Of a DNA stretch of 64,000 nt, positions 1 to 9,090 are shown piece after piece. The notes under the pieces were generated by a model, which saw only the letters and a program-made list of their open reading frames with translations, searched no databases and was not told where the DNA came from. Each line of letters starts with the position of its first letter. Within the stretch, counting starts at the first letter, position 1. This DNA is from Patescibacteria group bacterium. GTDB taxonomy: Bacteria; Patescibacteriota; Patescibacteriia; UBA10025; JAHIVO01. The DNA is taken from contig JAQULM010000002.1 of NCBI GenBank assembly GCA_028718605.1, positions 257,776-321,775 of the forward strand, written 5' to 3'. The position numbers and the translations under genes are program-made.

Positions 1-205
1 CAAACGGCGCATCGATCTCACACATCAGTGCGATGGCATCCACGGGCATCCGTTGCCCATGGTGCCACTCGGTCAGGAGTGTATCCATACACCCTGCTGC
101 ACTAAAGCGGTCTTCGATCGTGGCGATAAGCCGGAGCTCAGCAAGCGTCGGCCGGGAAAATGGCGGCCCGTTGGGGCTGCCGCGGATTACCTGTTTAATT
201 GCCAT
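1..205 (-). CDS. Hypothetical protein, 5' (N-terminal) portion only. The gene runs off the window start and is not in the supplied ORF track.
   Basis: ATG is the reverse complement of 203-205. A strong SD, GGGAGGG, lies 6 nt upstream at 209-215 on the minus strand. The frame stays open to position 1 (MAIKQVIRGSPNGPPFSRPTLAELRLIATIEDRF...). It begins 16 nt after the TGA stop of the upstream 221..1078 gene, so the two look like an operon. Confidence 0.4.
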   Translation of the reverse strand, partial: MAIKQVIRGSPNGPPFSRPTLAELRLIATIEDRFSAAGCMDTLLTEWHHGQRMPVDAIALMCEIDAPF

Positions 206-220
206 GGTAACCCTCCCGGA

Positions 221-1078
221 TCATTCCGCGTTCGCGAGCAGTTCCGTGACCTTGATGCCGAGTGTCTTGGCGATGAAATGCGCGATCTGGTAGTCCTCCA
301 GTTGCCCGGCACCATTGATGTGCTGCTGCCGTGCGACATTGATGAGGGCCAGTTTCCTGGCACCGCGCTGGCCGACTTCCCCGGCCGCTTCGATGATCGC
401 ACGTTCGAGCGCTTTCTTCGCTTTCGCATCGCCGCCCAGGCTGTTGATCAGCCGGGTGGCAAACGCTGAGTGGCGGCCGCCAGCTTGTGTCGGTTCAGCG
501 GCGCCGCTGTCCGTGTTGCCGAGGATCGCGTCGATATCATCGATGAATTTCGCGAGCACCAGGCGCGGATTGGCGTCATTCACGGAAACCTTCGCTTCCG
601 CATTGAGCCAGCGTGCCGTGCGCGCAAGCGCACCTGAGGACGATACCTTCGCTTCCTTCTTGAGCTGCGTGCGGATCGCATGGCGCGCCGCCTGTTCGTC
701 GCCGAAATGGCTGATGATGTTCTTCGCGATTGTGCCACGGGCTGCCGGCGCATGGTCCTGCGGGGCGTCCGATGCCTCACCGATGTCGTACACCAGTTCG
801 AGTTCGAGATCCTTGGCTTCTATCCTCAGATACTCGAAGAATTCAATCGCAACTACCACGGGATCCTTGTCGGTCAGGTCGAATACGTCTCCGACATACT
901 CGAGCACGGTCGAAAGCGCGATTCTGTTCTGACGTCCAAACTTGACACCCATGCGCATCATCGCCCGTTTGGCGAGTTCCTGAAAATACTCGTCAGCGTC
1001 CAATTGGGTCGCAACCCTGAACTGTGTGGTGAGAGTGCTTTTCAACACGCTTACCAACTTGTTTGCTCTGGCTGCCAT
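221..1078 (-). CDS. Hypothetical protein, 285 aa; no family recognised.
   Basis: Long ORF. AGGAGG SD 7 nt upstream of the ATG at 1078. No signal peptide or TM segment. Function unknown. Confidence 0.45.
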   Translation of the reverse strand: MAARANKLVSVLKSTLTTQFRVATQLDADEYFQELAKRAMMRMGVKFGRQNRIALSTVLEYVGDVFDLTDKDPVVVAIEFFEYLRIEAKDLELELVYDIGEASDAPQDHAPAARGTIAKNIISHFGDEQAARHAIRTQLKKEAKVSSSGALARTARWLNAEAKVSVNDANPRLVLAKFIDDIDAILGNTDSGAAEPTQAGGRHSAFATRLINSLGGDAKAKKALERAIIEAAGEVGQRGARKLALINVARQQHINGAGQLEDYQIAHFIAKTLGIKVTELLANAE

Positions 1079-1243
1079 AACAGCCTCCTTCCTTGGGTTT
1101 GATATTGTGATAATAAGGACAGTTTGTATTTCTGTATAATTACGCTATCGTACCAGACAAAACGTGCATTTGTCAAAGTAAAAAAACACCCCCTGCCAGA
1201 CAGCCAGCAGGGGGCGTGGATGTACCACTGAGATATTGCGATG

Positions 1244-2734
1244 TCACCCATTTTCCACGGGGACGGGAAATGGGTAATGGCCCGTATAGCAGGCCGTGCA
1301 ATAATTCCGAATATCGTCGCCGCGGCGATGCATGACCGTCGCGACGCCTTCAGGCGAAAGGTATCCCAAGGAATCGACTTTGAGCAACTCCTTGATCTGC
1401 GGCACTGTCAGTGACGAGGCTGCGAGCTCCTGTTTCGTCGGCATGGCGATCCCCATGAAACAGGGGTCGGTAACCGGCGGGTAGGTGATCCGAACGTGAA
1501 CCTGCTCGGCACCCGCATCTCGGAGTATTTGGACGATGCCCTGCATCGTCGTCGCACGGACGATAGAATCGTCCACGATGCAGACGCGGCGGCGACCCAC
1601 CTTCCGGAACATATCGGACATGAGCCCCAGCTTGAGCTGAACCATCAGGTCGCGAATCGTCTGCTGCGAGATGATGAATGTTCGCGGAATGGAGAAATTC
1701 CGGATGAAGATCTGCTTGACCGGTATCCCGGACTGCGTCGCATACCCGATTGCGCCCATGTCACCTGAGGTTGGAACTGAAGCAATGAAATTAGCGTCCA
1801 CCGGTGACTCATTCGCGAGTTGGCGGCCGAACGCATACGCGTAGGACCCCTTCTGACGAACGTCAGTGAACGGCCGATCATCGATAAATACCCTGCTTAC
1901 CGGGCTCGCAAAATAGTCGAGCTCGAAGATACAGTGAGCGGAGTGCTCAGGCAGATCGGACGGGTATGGGTGATGAGCCATGGTGCCATCATTCGAAATT
2001 TCCACGATTTCACCGCGCTGCACTTCGAATGCGAACTTCGCACCCAAGATATCGAGCGCACACGATTCCGAAGCGGCGACGATGATCCTGCCGTCGATAA
2101 GTCCCACGACGAGCGGCCGAACGCCCCATGGGTCACGCACGAGGTACGTCCTGCCCTTGGTCATGACCACTCCGGAGTACGCTCCCGGCACGTCACGCAT
2201 GTACTCGTGAATCGCCTGGGAACGCGGACAACCGAGACACTTCTTGCGATAGCACACGTACCGAAGCATAAATTCGCTGTCATTCCCCGATTCATGCTGC
2301 ACACCGAGCGTCTCCAGCTTTTCGCGTTCCTCCGCCAACATAGGGATATCCCCGTTCACGGCGCATACGACCCGTCCCTCATCCAGCTCATCTATAAAGA
2401 TGGGCGGATAGTTGATGAGGTCGTCGGCCGAACCAGCCGTCGCGTATCGCAGAAATCCCATGACCTTGAATGCGCCACGCTGCGTGAGCGACTGGAATTT
2501 ATCGACGAACCGGTTCCTATCCCTGCTGCGCGGATCGTACTGGTTTGCGACAAGGCCGAAAAACTTCCCGACGTGCAGGCGTACGCCGTCGCCCGGACTG
2601 TTTGTCACGTACGCAATGCCGCCGCCATCCTGGCCGCCGTGCTGCAAAACCGAAAGTCCGCAAAACATCCTCTCCGCCATTTCGAGGCCGGAAAGACGCT
2701 GATCTGGATCATGAACATACAGTACCCTGCACAT
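1244..2734 (-). CDS. purF: Amidophosphoribosyltransferase (glutamine PRPP amidotransferase).
   Basis: N-terminal Met-Cys nucleophile (MCRVL...). An LSVLQHGGQDGGGIAY motif close to the PurF LHSLQHRGQEGAGI motif. C-terminal PRTase motif VCIVDDSIVRATT. Size 496 aa fits the class. Confidence 0.85.
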   Translation of the reverse strand: MCRVLYVHDPDQRLSGLEMAERMFCGLSVLQHGGQDGGGIAYVTNSPGDGVRLHVGKFFGLVANQYDPRSRDRNRFVDKFQSLTQRGAFKVMGFLRYATAGSADDLINYPPIFIDELDEGRVVCAVNGDIPMLAEEREKLETLGVQHESGNDSEFMLRYVCYRKKCLGCPRSQAIHEYMRDVPGAYSGVVMTKGRTYLVRDPWGVRPLVVGLIDGRIIVAASESCALDILGAKFAFEVQRGEIVEISNDGTMAHHPYPSDLPEHSAHCIFELDYFASPVSRVFIDDRPFTDVRQKGSYAYAFGRQLANESPVDANFIASVPTSGDMGAIGYATQSGIPVKQIFIRNFSIPRTFIISQQTIRDLMVQLKLGLMSDMFRKVGRRRVCIVDDSIVRATTMQGIVQILRDAGAEQVHVRITYPPVTDPCFMGIAMPTKQELAASSLTVPQIKELLKVDSLGYLSPEGVATVMHRRGDDIRNYCTACYTGHYPFPVPVENG

Positions 2735-3131
2735 TCGGATCCTCCTTTCTTCTCTATATTTGTGCTGTCAATGGAACAGCGCTGTTTGTTTCTTATTTTA
2801 TTATTAACCTATCATTACTCTGTTTACTTGCTTTCTGGTAGAAAAACGTGTCGTCTATCTTTAAAAGTGAAAACAATAATACCCCTCAGCTATTATTCTG
2901 CGGAAAGAAAATATGGACTTTACTTGGAAAAAAGGAGATTTCATCGTACACCCTGAGTGCCCCTTTTGTCAACACGGGACGCCGAAACATGGATTCTGCT
3001 ATACTACAAAGGGGCAGGTATCGGTTGCAGTTGCGCCGCCCGAAAAGGTATTGGAATGCCGCACCTTCTTATCGGCGAATAACCTAAACTGAAACGATAC
3101 GGGCAGCATCAACACAAACCCAATCTCTTCT

Positions 3132-4064
3132 ATGCCAAAAAAAGTCCTCATAACCGGAACATTCGATATCATCCACCCGGGCCATATCGCGTACTTGAAT
3201 GAAGCGCGCACCCACGGGGATTCATTAATGGTGGTTATCGCTCGTGATGCCACGGTGGAAAAGGTAAAAGGCTATCGGCCATACTTCACGGAAACCGAAC
3301 GCGTGGAAAACCTGAAAAACCTCCACCGTGCGCAGCATGTACTGCTCGGCAACCGCGGGGACAAGCTCCGCATTGTCGAAGCGCTCAAGCCGGACGCGAT
3401 CTGCCTCGGGTACGACCAGCTGGCGTTCACGGAAAATCTCGCCCGCGAACTCAAACAGCGCGGACTGCATCCTGAAATAATCAGGCTCAAGCGCTACGAC
3501 CAGGTGCAGTACAAAACATCCGAATTGCACAAGAACGGCCTCGTTGCCATAAAGAATATCGACCCGACCATTCAGACTGAGCCTCGATATGCAACAACTG
3601 ATAACTTCATCGGGAAAAAACTCTACCAGAACCGCATCATCCTCGTGCGGAAAAATATCGCGGACATGCTCCAAAAAGCGCAACATATTTTACGACAGCA
3701 GAAACTGAAATTAAAAATCTGGGACGGATACCGGCCGCTCTCCGTCCAAAAAATCTTCTGGAATGCCAAACCTGACGAACAGTACATCGGCAACCCAGAA
3801 AAAGGCCCGTTCCACACGCGCGCGGCCGCCGTTGATTGCACGCTGGTCGATGCGCGGAACAATGAACTTCCAATGCCAACCCCCTTCGATGAATTTTCCG
3901 AACGGAGCCACCGTGCCTACCCGCATCCTGCAACCGAAAAACGAAACATGCTCATTCTTGAACATGCGATGGTACAAGCAGGCTTTGTCCCGTTCCCATC
4001 GGAGTGGTGGCACTTTTCCGATCCCGCGTGGCAAGCGTACCCGGTACTCGACATTTCCATCTAA
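3132..4064 (+). CDS. Fusion protein: N-terminal cytidylyltransferase-like (RibL/FAD-synthetase-like HxGH nucleotidyltransferase) domain and C-terminal D-Ala-D-Ala dipeptidase (VanX/DdpX, peptidase M15D) domain.
   Basis: N-terminus TGTFDIIHPGHIAYL carries the HxGH motif, followed by VVIARDATV. The C-terminal half has IWDGYRPLSVQ, HTRAAAVD and EWWHF, which are VanX family hallmarks. Confidence 0.6.
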   Translation: MPKKVLITGTFDIIHPGHIAYLNEARTHGDSLMVVIARDATVEKVKGYRPYFTETERVENLKNLHRAQHVLLGNRGDKLRIVEALKPDAICLGYDQLAFTENLARELKQRGLHPEIIRLKRYDQVQYKTSELHKNGLVAIKNIDPTIQTEPRYATTDNFIGKKLYQNRIILVRKNIADMLQKAQHILRQQKLKLKIWDGYRPLSVQKIFWNAKPDEQYIGNPEKGPFHTRAAAVDCTLVDARNNELPMPTPFDEFSERSHRAYPHPATEKRNMLILEHAMVQAGFVPFPSEWWHFSDPAWQAYPVLDISI

Positions 4065-4140
4065 GCACTTGAAGCGCACCGCAACTTCTGGTACACTACC
4101 ATCACCCATTCAAGAATACTTTTACTAATATTCAGTATTT

Positions 4141-4404
4141 ATGCCAAACAAGCACGCATCATTCAAGCATCTCCGCCAGACAAAAGTCCGGACCGAACGC
4201 AACAACCAGGTTGAAAAAACCCTGAAAGAAGCGGTAAAATCAGCGCGAGCTGCACTGTCCGCACAGGATAAGGCCAAAGCGGCTGACGCCGTTAAAAAGG
4301 CTGCCAAGCTTCTTGATAAGGCAGCGCAGAACAAAGTGATCAAACGCAACACCGCCGGCCGCATCAAATCACGGCTCGGAAGCCAGCTCGCGAAGATCAA
4401 ATAA
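4141..4404 (+). CDS. rpsT: 30S ribosomal protein S20.
   Basis: 87 aa, basic and Ala/Lys-rich (ASFKHLRQTKVRTERNNQVEK...AAKLLDKAAQNKVIKRNTAGR), typical of S20. Convergent with holA, as in many bacteria. Confidence 0.85.
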   Translation: MPNKHASFKHLRQTKVRTERNNQVEKTLKEAVKSARAALSAQDKAKAADAVKKAAKLLDKAAQNKVIKRNTAGRIKSRLGSQLAKIK

Positions 4405-5388
4405 TTACTGGGCGCCGCACGTGCGTGCGACGAACAAATCCAGCAGGAGCCGCGGCTCTGCGCGGCCTGTTTTGATGCTGAGATCAATTTCCAGTAATTG
4501 TGCGTAGATTGTTTTCAATTCCTGCAGCGTAAAACGCCGAGCATCACGGATCGCTTTCTGGGCAACAAACGGATGAATGCCAAGCCGCGTAGCGACAGTG
4601 TGATAATTCGGCTCCTGGTCAATGATTTCCCGAACTTGCAAGAGAATCCGGAACTGGCGCGTCAGCATCGTGAGGATATACAGCTCATGGTTGCCCGCAT
4701 CGAGCTGGTCGTGCAGCAGCTGCATCGACCGCTTCGCGTCCCGCGCAGCGATCGCGTCGGTAAAATGAAAAATATTTTCGTCAAACGCGCCGGTTACGTG
4801 GGTACGCACGTCTGCTGCGGCAATTTCGCGCTGTCCGCAGAATGCGATGAGCTTATCGATATTTGTCGACGCCGACCACAGGTCTGAACCAACAAGGCTC
4901 GCAAGTTCAAGCACTGCGGGTGCGGCGATCCGGCCGCCCCGCTCACGGACCGCTGCACGGATCCATGCATTGAGCTGTTCGCCGGCAAGCGGAGGAAATT
5001 CTTCCGCTTTCGCTTTGAGCAGGCGCCCGAGGAGGGTGTCTGTCGCAGGGCTGTTTTTCTTGCCCCGCCGCTTTCCTGCCACGTCCTCTTCCCAGAAAAC
5101 AAGCACGTTGTCATCCGCCCAATCCGTATCCAGATACTCCAGAACTGCCTTCTGGATATTTTTCTTCTTATTCTTTCCCAATAAATTCTCAACCACGATA
5201 AACCGCTTTGATGAGAGAAACCCCGCTTGGCCGACGTGCGTGCGCAATTCCTCGAGCGTCAGCTTCTCGCCGTCGAGGCGCGCGATATTCAAGCCGCGCG
5301 GGTCGTATTTTTTCTTGAACCCTTCGCGGTAGTAGGCGAGCCGCTGCCGCGAACGATACGTATCAGGGCCGTAGAGGAAAAGAATCAT
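4405..5388 (-). CDS. holA: DNA polymerase III delta subunit.
   Basis: 327 aa. N-terminus MILFLYGPDTYRSRQ and overall architecture typical of HolA. Adjacent to rpsT. Confidence 0.7.
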   Translation of the reverse strand: MILFLYGPDTYRSRQRLAYYREGFKKKYDPRGLNIARLDGEKLTLEELRTHVGQAGFLSSKRFIVVENLLGKNKKKNIQKAVLEYLDTDWADDNVLVFWEEDVAGKRRGKKNSPATDTLLGRLLKAKAEEFPPLAGEQLNAWIRAAVRERGGRIAAPAVLELASLVGSDLWSASTNIDKLIAFCGQREIAAADVRTHVTGAFDENIFHFTDAIAARDAKRSMQLLHDQLDAGNHELYILTMLTRQFRILLQVREIIDQEPNYHTVATRLGIHPFVAQKAIRDARRFTLQELKTIYAQLLEIDLSIKTGRAEPRLLLDLFVARTCGAQ

Positions 5389-5479
5389 AGGAAAATGGAC
5401 GTTTGACGTATGCCGATGGATTGATTAAGCTAATGTAACTGTACACAAACAAACCGCCACACACAATAGGAGGTACCCC

Positions 5480-5905
5480 GTGGCAAGACGACAAGAGCTC
5501 ATTGTGACATCCTTGCGGAGAATCCTCGCGGATACGGATCCGGCGGAATTCGCGAATATCTGGCCAGCTGCCGACGCCATTCCTCATATCTGCCAACTCA
5601 TAACGAAACATGTTGTAGCCAGTGATTATGCTCGGACTGGCTGTGCGGCATACTTATTCGGCAGATTTACCGGATCGCCCCCGACAGTACATGACCTGCT
5701 GTCAATCCTCGGGCACCGAATCATGGGAGATGCCCAGCTCGGCCAGGTATACGCAGCCCAAGTTATTAGCGATCTTATTGCTCCGACCAAGCCGGGAAGA
5801 CGCGGTATTCTGGTCCCACCGACGCGTCAAACTGGCGAAAAGCCATCCGTGAAGGATACACTGACCCTCAACTTCTCGCTCGTCAAACTGATTGAGGGAC
5901 AATAA
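5480..5905 (+). CDS. Hypothetical protein, 141 aa.
   Basis: GTG start with a GGAGG SD 6 nt upstream. No recognisable domain. Confidence 0.4.
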   Translation: MARRQELIVTSLRRILADTDPAEFANIWPAADAIPHICQLITKHVVASDYARTGCAAYLFGRFTGSPPTVHDLLSILGHRIMGDAQLGQVYAAQVISDLIAPTKPGRRGILVPPTRQTGEKPSVKDTLTLNFSLVKLIEGQ

Positions 5906-5949
5906 ATCCGAACGGCATGAGCCGTACGATTGCCTTGACCTGCCCCATC

Positions 5950-8712
5950 TCACGAAACGGGCAGGTCTTTCATTTCGCCCCAGCTCTTCCCGACTGACAC
6001 GTCTGTCCTGATCGGCGCACGGAGCTTATGAACGGTGTCCATTTCCTCCGCGACAAACGTCCCGACCCGCCCAACATCCGCGTCCGGTACCTCAAACACC
6101 AGCTCGTCATGCACCTGCAGGATCATCTTGGCCTTCGGGCACACCTGGGGCAGCTTCCGGTGGATATTAATCATGGCTATCTTCATGAGATCAGCGGCTG
6201 TGCCCTGTACCGGCATATTCACGGCCATGCGCTCTGCGGATGCGCGCACCTGCGGCATCGACGAGTTTATCTCCGGCAAATATCGCCGCCTGCCGAACAG
6301 TGTCTCGACATACTCCTGCTCGTGGGCAAGCGAGATAGTCTGCGCAAGGTACTCCTGAATCTCCGGATGCGCGTAGAAATATTTCTCGATAAACGCCCGC
6401 GCGCGCTCCCGCGTCATGTTTTTCCGCGACGCCAGGCCCCACGCTCCCATGCCGTACAGCACGCCAAAATTCACCTCTTTTGCCTCATAGCGCTGGGTGT
6501 CCGTCACCTCGGCAAGCGGAATGCCGTAGATATCCGCGGCAGTCCTGCGGTGGATGTCTTCGCCGTCCTGGAACGCCTTGATCATTTTCACGTCACCGGC
6601 AAGCGACGCAACAATCCGGAGCTCGATCTGGGAATAGTCAGCTGATACGATCGAAAATCCTTTTTCGGCGATGAACGCATTCCTGATTTTCTTCCCGATT
6701 TCGGTCCTGATCGGAATATTTTGCAAATTCGGCTCAGACGATGATAAGCGGCCGGTCGCGGTCACGGTCTGGTTAAAACTTGTATGCACCCTGCCGGTTT
6801 TCGGATTCACCAGCTTTGGCAGCGCCTCGAGGTACGTTGATTGGAGCTTCGCGAGCTCCCGATTCTCAATGATAAGGGGGACGAGCGGATGTTTGTCTTT
6901 CAGCTTCTCGAGCTCCGCAGCTGCCGTGGATATGCCCGTCTTAGTCTTATGGATTCCTTCCGTGCTCACGCCCAGCTTTTCGAACAGCACGCCCTTGAGC
7001 TGGAGCGGCGAATTAATGTTAAACGTCGTCCCGGCCGTATCATAAATTTTCTTCTCGAGTGAAGCGAGTGCCGCTCCGATCTCCCGAGACATTGCCTGAA
7101 GATACTTCGAATCAATCTTGACGCCGTTCTGTTCGAGTGCGGCCAGCACCGGCACGAGCGGCATTTCAATTTTCTGCATCAGCGGCAGTAAATTCTTTTC
7201 CTCCAGCTCCGGCTTGAAATACCGGCACAGGCGGTAGGTATAGTCAGCGTCCTCGCACGAATACCATGAAATTTTCTCGACCGGCACCAGTTCCATGGAA
7301 ATGGCCTGCTTGCCCTTGCCGATGAGGTCGGTGATCGGCTGCATGCGGTACCCGAACACTTCGAACGCGCAGTTATCGAGCCCATGCCCCCGAGAGCCAG
7401 GGTTCAGGAGGTATGAGGCGACCATACTGTCAAAGGCGACCGGCGCCACCGTAATGCCAGATTGGGCCAGTAATGCCATGTCGTATTTGATATTATGGCC
7501 AAACTTTTCGATTTTCGGATCCTCAAGAAGCGGCGTAAGAGTTTTCAACCAGTGGGAATGCGCATGCACATTGAGGTAAAAAGCCTTGCCGTCTTCCCAG
7601 CAAAAACTGATCCCGAGCAGCTTGGCGCGGAACGGATCAACACTCGTGGACTCAGTATCAACGGCGAATGCGTTGTGCGTTCGCGCCTCACCAAGAAAAT
7701 CCGCGAATGCATCGTCGGAATCAACCAACGTATAGGTCACGCCCTCATGCGTTGGTGTCGGCGCTTTCTCTCCCTGAACTGTGCCAGGGCGAGCGTCCGT
7801 TTTCATTTCCGTCATGGCAGCAGGCGATCCGGGCAATCGCGTGAGGAGGCTCTTGAACTGCAGCTCGCGGAATAAGTCAACCACTTCTTGCTCATTATAT
7901 CCGCCGAGGGTGCATTGCTCAATCGTATACTCGAGTGGCACATTACGCACGATCGTTGCGAGGCGTTTGCTCATGAGCGCGTCCTTCTTGTGTTCCCGCA
8001 GAAGCTTCTGGTATCGCGGCGGGACGGGCGTTTTTCCCGACGGCGCCTCCATCTTCCGGTAGATATTTTCGAGGCCGCCAAACTTCTTGAGCAGATCGAT
8101 AGCGCCTTTTTCGCCAATGCCACGGACGCCCGGAATGTTATCAGAGGGATCACCGGCGATTGCCTTGAGGTCAACCATCTGCTCTGGAGCAAGGCCGTAC
8201 CGCTCAGCAAACGCTTTGATGTCATACGTGATAGTGTCAGAAACTCCTTTACGCAGCGTGTACACGGTTGTTTTGTCGCTGATGAGCTGGAATGTGTCTT
8301 TGTCGCCCGTAACAATCACCGTCTTGAGACCGCGCTTTTCGTTGTCGGCTGCGAGCGTGCCAATAATATCATCTGCTTCGAACCCGTCTTTCTCGAATAC
8401 GCGGACGTGTAGCGCTCCGAGCGCTTGTTTTGCGATCGGAATCTGCGCATAGAATTCGTCCGGTGCGGCAACGCGTCCCGCTTTGTATTCTGCGTATTCC
8501 TCGTGCCTGAACGTTTTCTTTTTCTTGTCGAATGCGGCTGCAACGTATGCGGGCTTGAATTCCTTCAATACTTTGAAGAGTACGGTTAAAAAACCGTACA
8601 CGGCGTTCACGAGCTGGCCCTTCTTGGTCGCGAGCGGCGGCAGCGCATGAAAGCTCCGGTGCAGCAACGCATTGGCGTCTATCACCACGAATGTCTTTGC
8701 GGTAGTCTTCAT
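5950..8712 (-). CDS. polA: DNA polymerase I (5'-3' exo, 3'-5' exo-like and polymerase domains).
   Basis: N-terminus MKTTAKTFVVIDANALLHRSFHA is the 5'-nuclease domain. Polymerase motifs RYEAKEVNFGVLYGMG and ILQVHDELVFEV are present. The track ORF extends to 8775, but an extended -10 (TGgTACAAT) inside that extension (rc of 8731-8739) supports the ATG at 8712. Confidence 0.88.
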   Translation of the reverse strand: MKTTAKTFVVIDANALLHRSFHALPPLATKKGQLVNAVYGFLTVLFKVLKEFKPAYVAAAFDKKKKTFRHEEYAEYKAGRVAAPDEFYAQIPIAKQALGALHVRVFEKDGFEADDIIGTLAADNEKRGLKTVIVTGDKDTFQLISDKTTVYTLRKGVSDTITYDIKAFAERYGLAPEQMVDLKAIAGDPSDNIPGVRGIGEKGAIDLLKKFGGLENIYRKMEAPSGKTPVPPRYQKLLREHKKDALMSKRLATIVRNVPLEYTIEQCTLGGYNEQEVVDLFRELQFKSLLTRLPGSPAAMTEMKTDARPGTVQGEKAPTPTHEGVTYTLVDSDDAFADFLGEARTHNAFAVDTESTSVDPFRAKLLGISFCWEDGKAFYLNVHAHSHWLKTLTPLLEDPKIEKFGHNIKYDMALLAQSGITVAPVAFDSMVASYLLNPGSRGHGLDNCAFEVFGYRMQPITDLIGKGKQAISMELVPVEKISWYSCEDADYTYRLCRYFKPELEEKNLLPLMQKIEMPLVPVLAALEQNGVKIDSKYLQAMSREIGAALASLEKKIYDTAGTTFNINSPLQLKGVLFEKLGVSTEGIHKTKTGISTAAAELEKLKDKHPLVPLIIENRELAKLQSTYLEALPKLVNPKTGRVHTSFNQTVTATGRLSSSEPNLQNIPIRTEIGKKIRNAFIAEKGFSIVSADYSQIELRIVASLAGDVKMIKAFQDGEDIHRRTAADIYGIPLAEVTDTQRYEAKEVNFGVLYGMGAWGLASRKNMTRERARAFIEKYFYAHPEIQEYLAQTISLAHEQEYVETLFGRRRYLPEINSSMPQVRASAERMAVNMPVQGTAADLMKIAMINIHRKLPQVCPKAKMILQVHDELVFEVPDADVGRVGTFVAEEMDTVHKLRAPIRTDVSVGKSWGEMKDLPVS

Positions 8713-9090
8713 ATATTTTATACTGGCGTTATTGTACCATTTTTTCTGCCCGCCGTCCCTGCGGACAAATCGCATTGACAGTACGCATACGGCCTATGGT
8801 ACACTTGAAGTATAAAAGGGGGTGTTTGGTTGTCTCCCGATTCACTGAGAGGGGGAATCGAGAGTTCCTTCATCGGTTCGATGCCACAGATGGCATCGAA
8901 AGGTGCCACCAGGCACCGTAGTATCATCGACCGGCCGCCACACGTTCTGAAGTATCTTGATTTTCAGCGGCCGGTCTTTTTTTATTCCATCCAATGCTTG
9001 ACAAATAATGAATTCTCCAATACTATCACCTGATTTGCGTCACTCGCGTTTTTTGACAACATAACAACACGGAAAGAAAGGAAACTGCCA

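Noticed and set aside
2735-3131. Purine or ZTP riboswitch upstream of purF (and purD at 29299-29561).
   Set aside because: Neither the purine-aptamer conserved junction nucleotides nor the pfl-motif GC-rich pseudoknot elements are visible. The leaders look like plain divergent promoter regions.
8713-8775. N-terminal extension of polA (MRFVRRDGGQKKWYNNASIKY) proposed by the ORF track.
   Set aside because: An extended -10 promoter element (TGgTACAAT) lies inside this extension, and the canonical Pol I N-terminus starts at the internal ATG at 8712.
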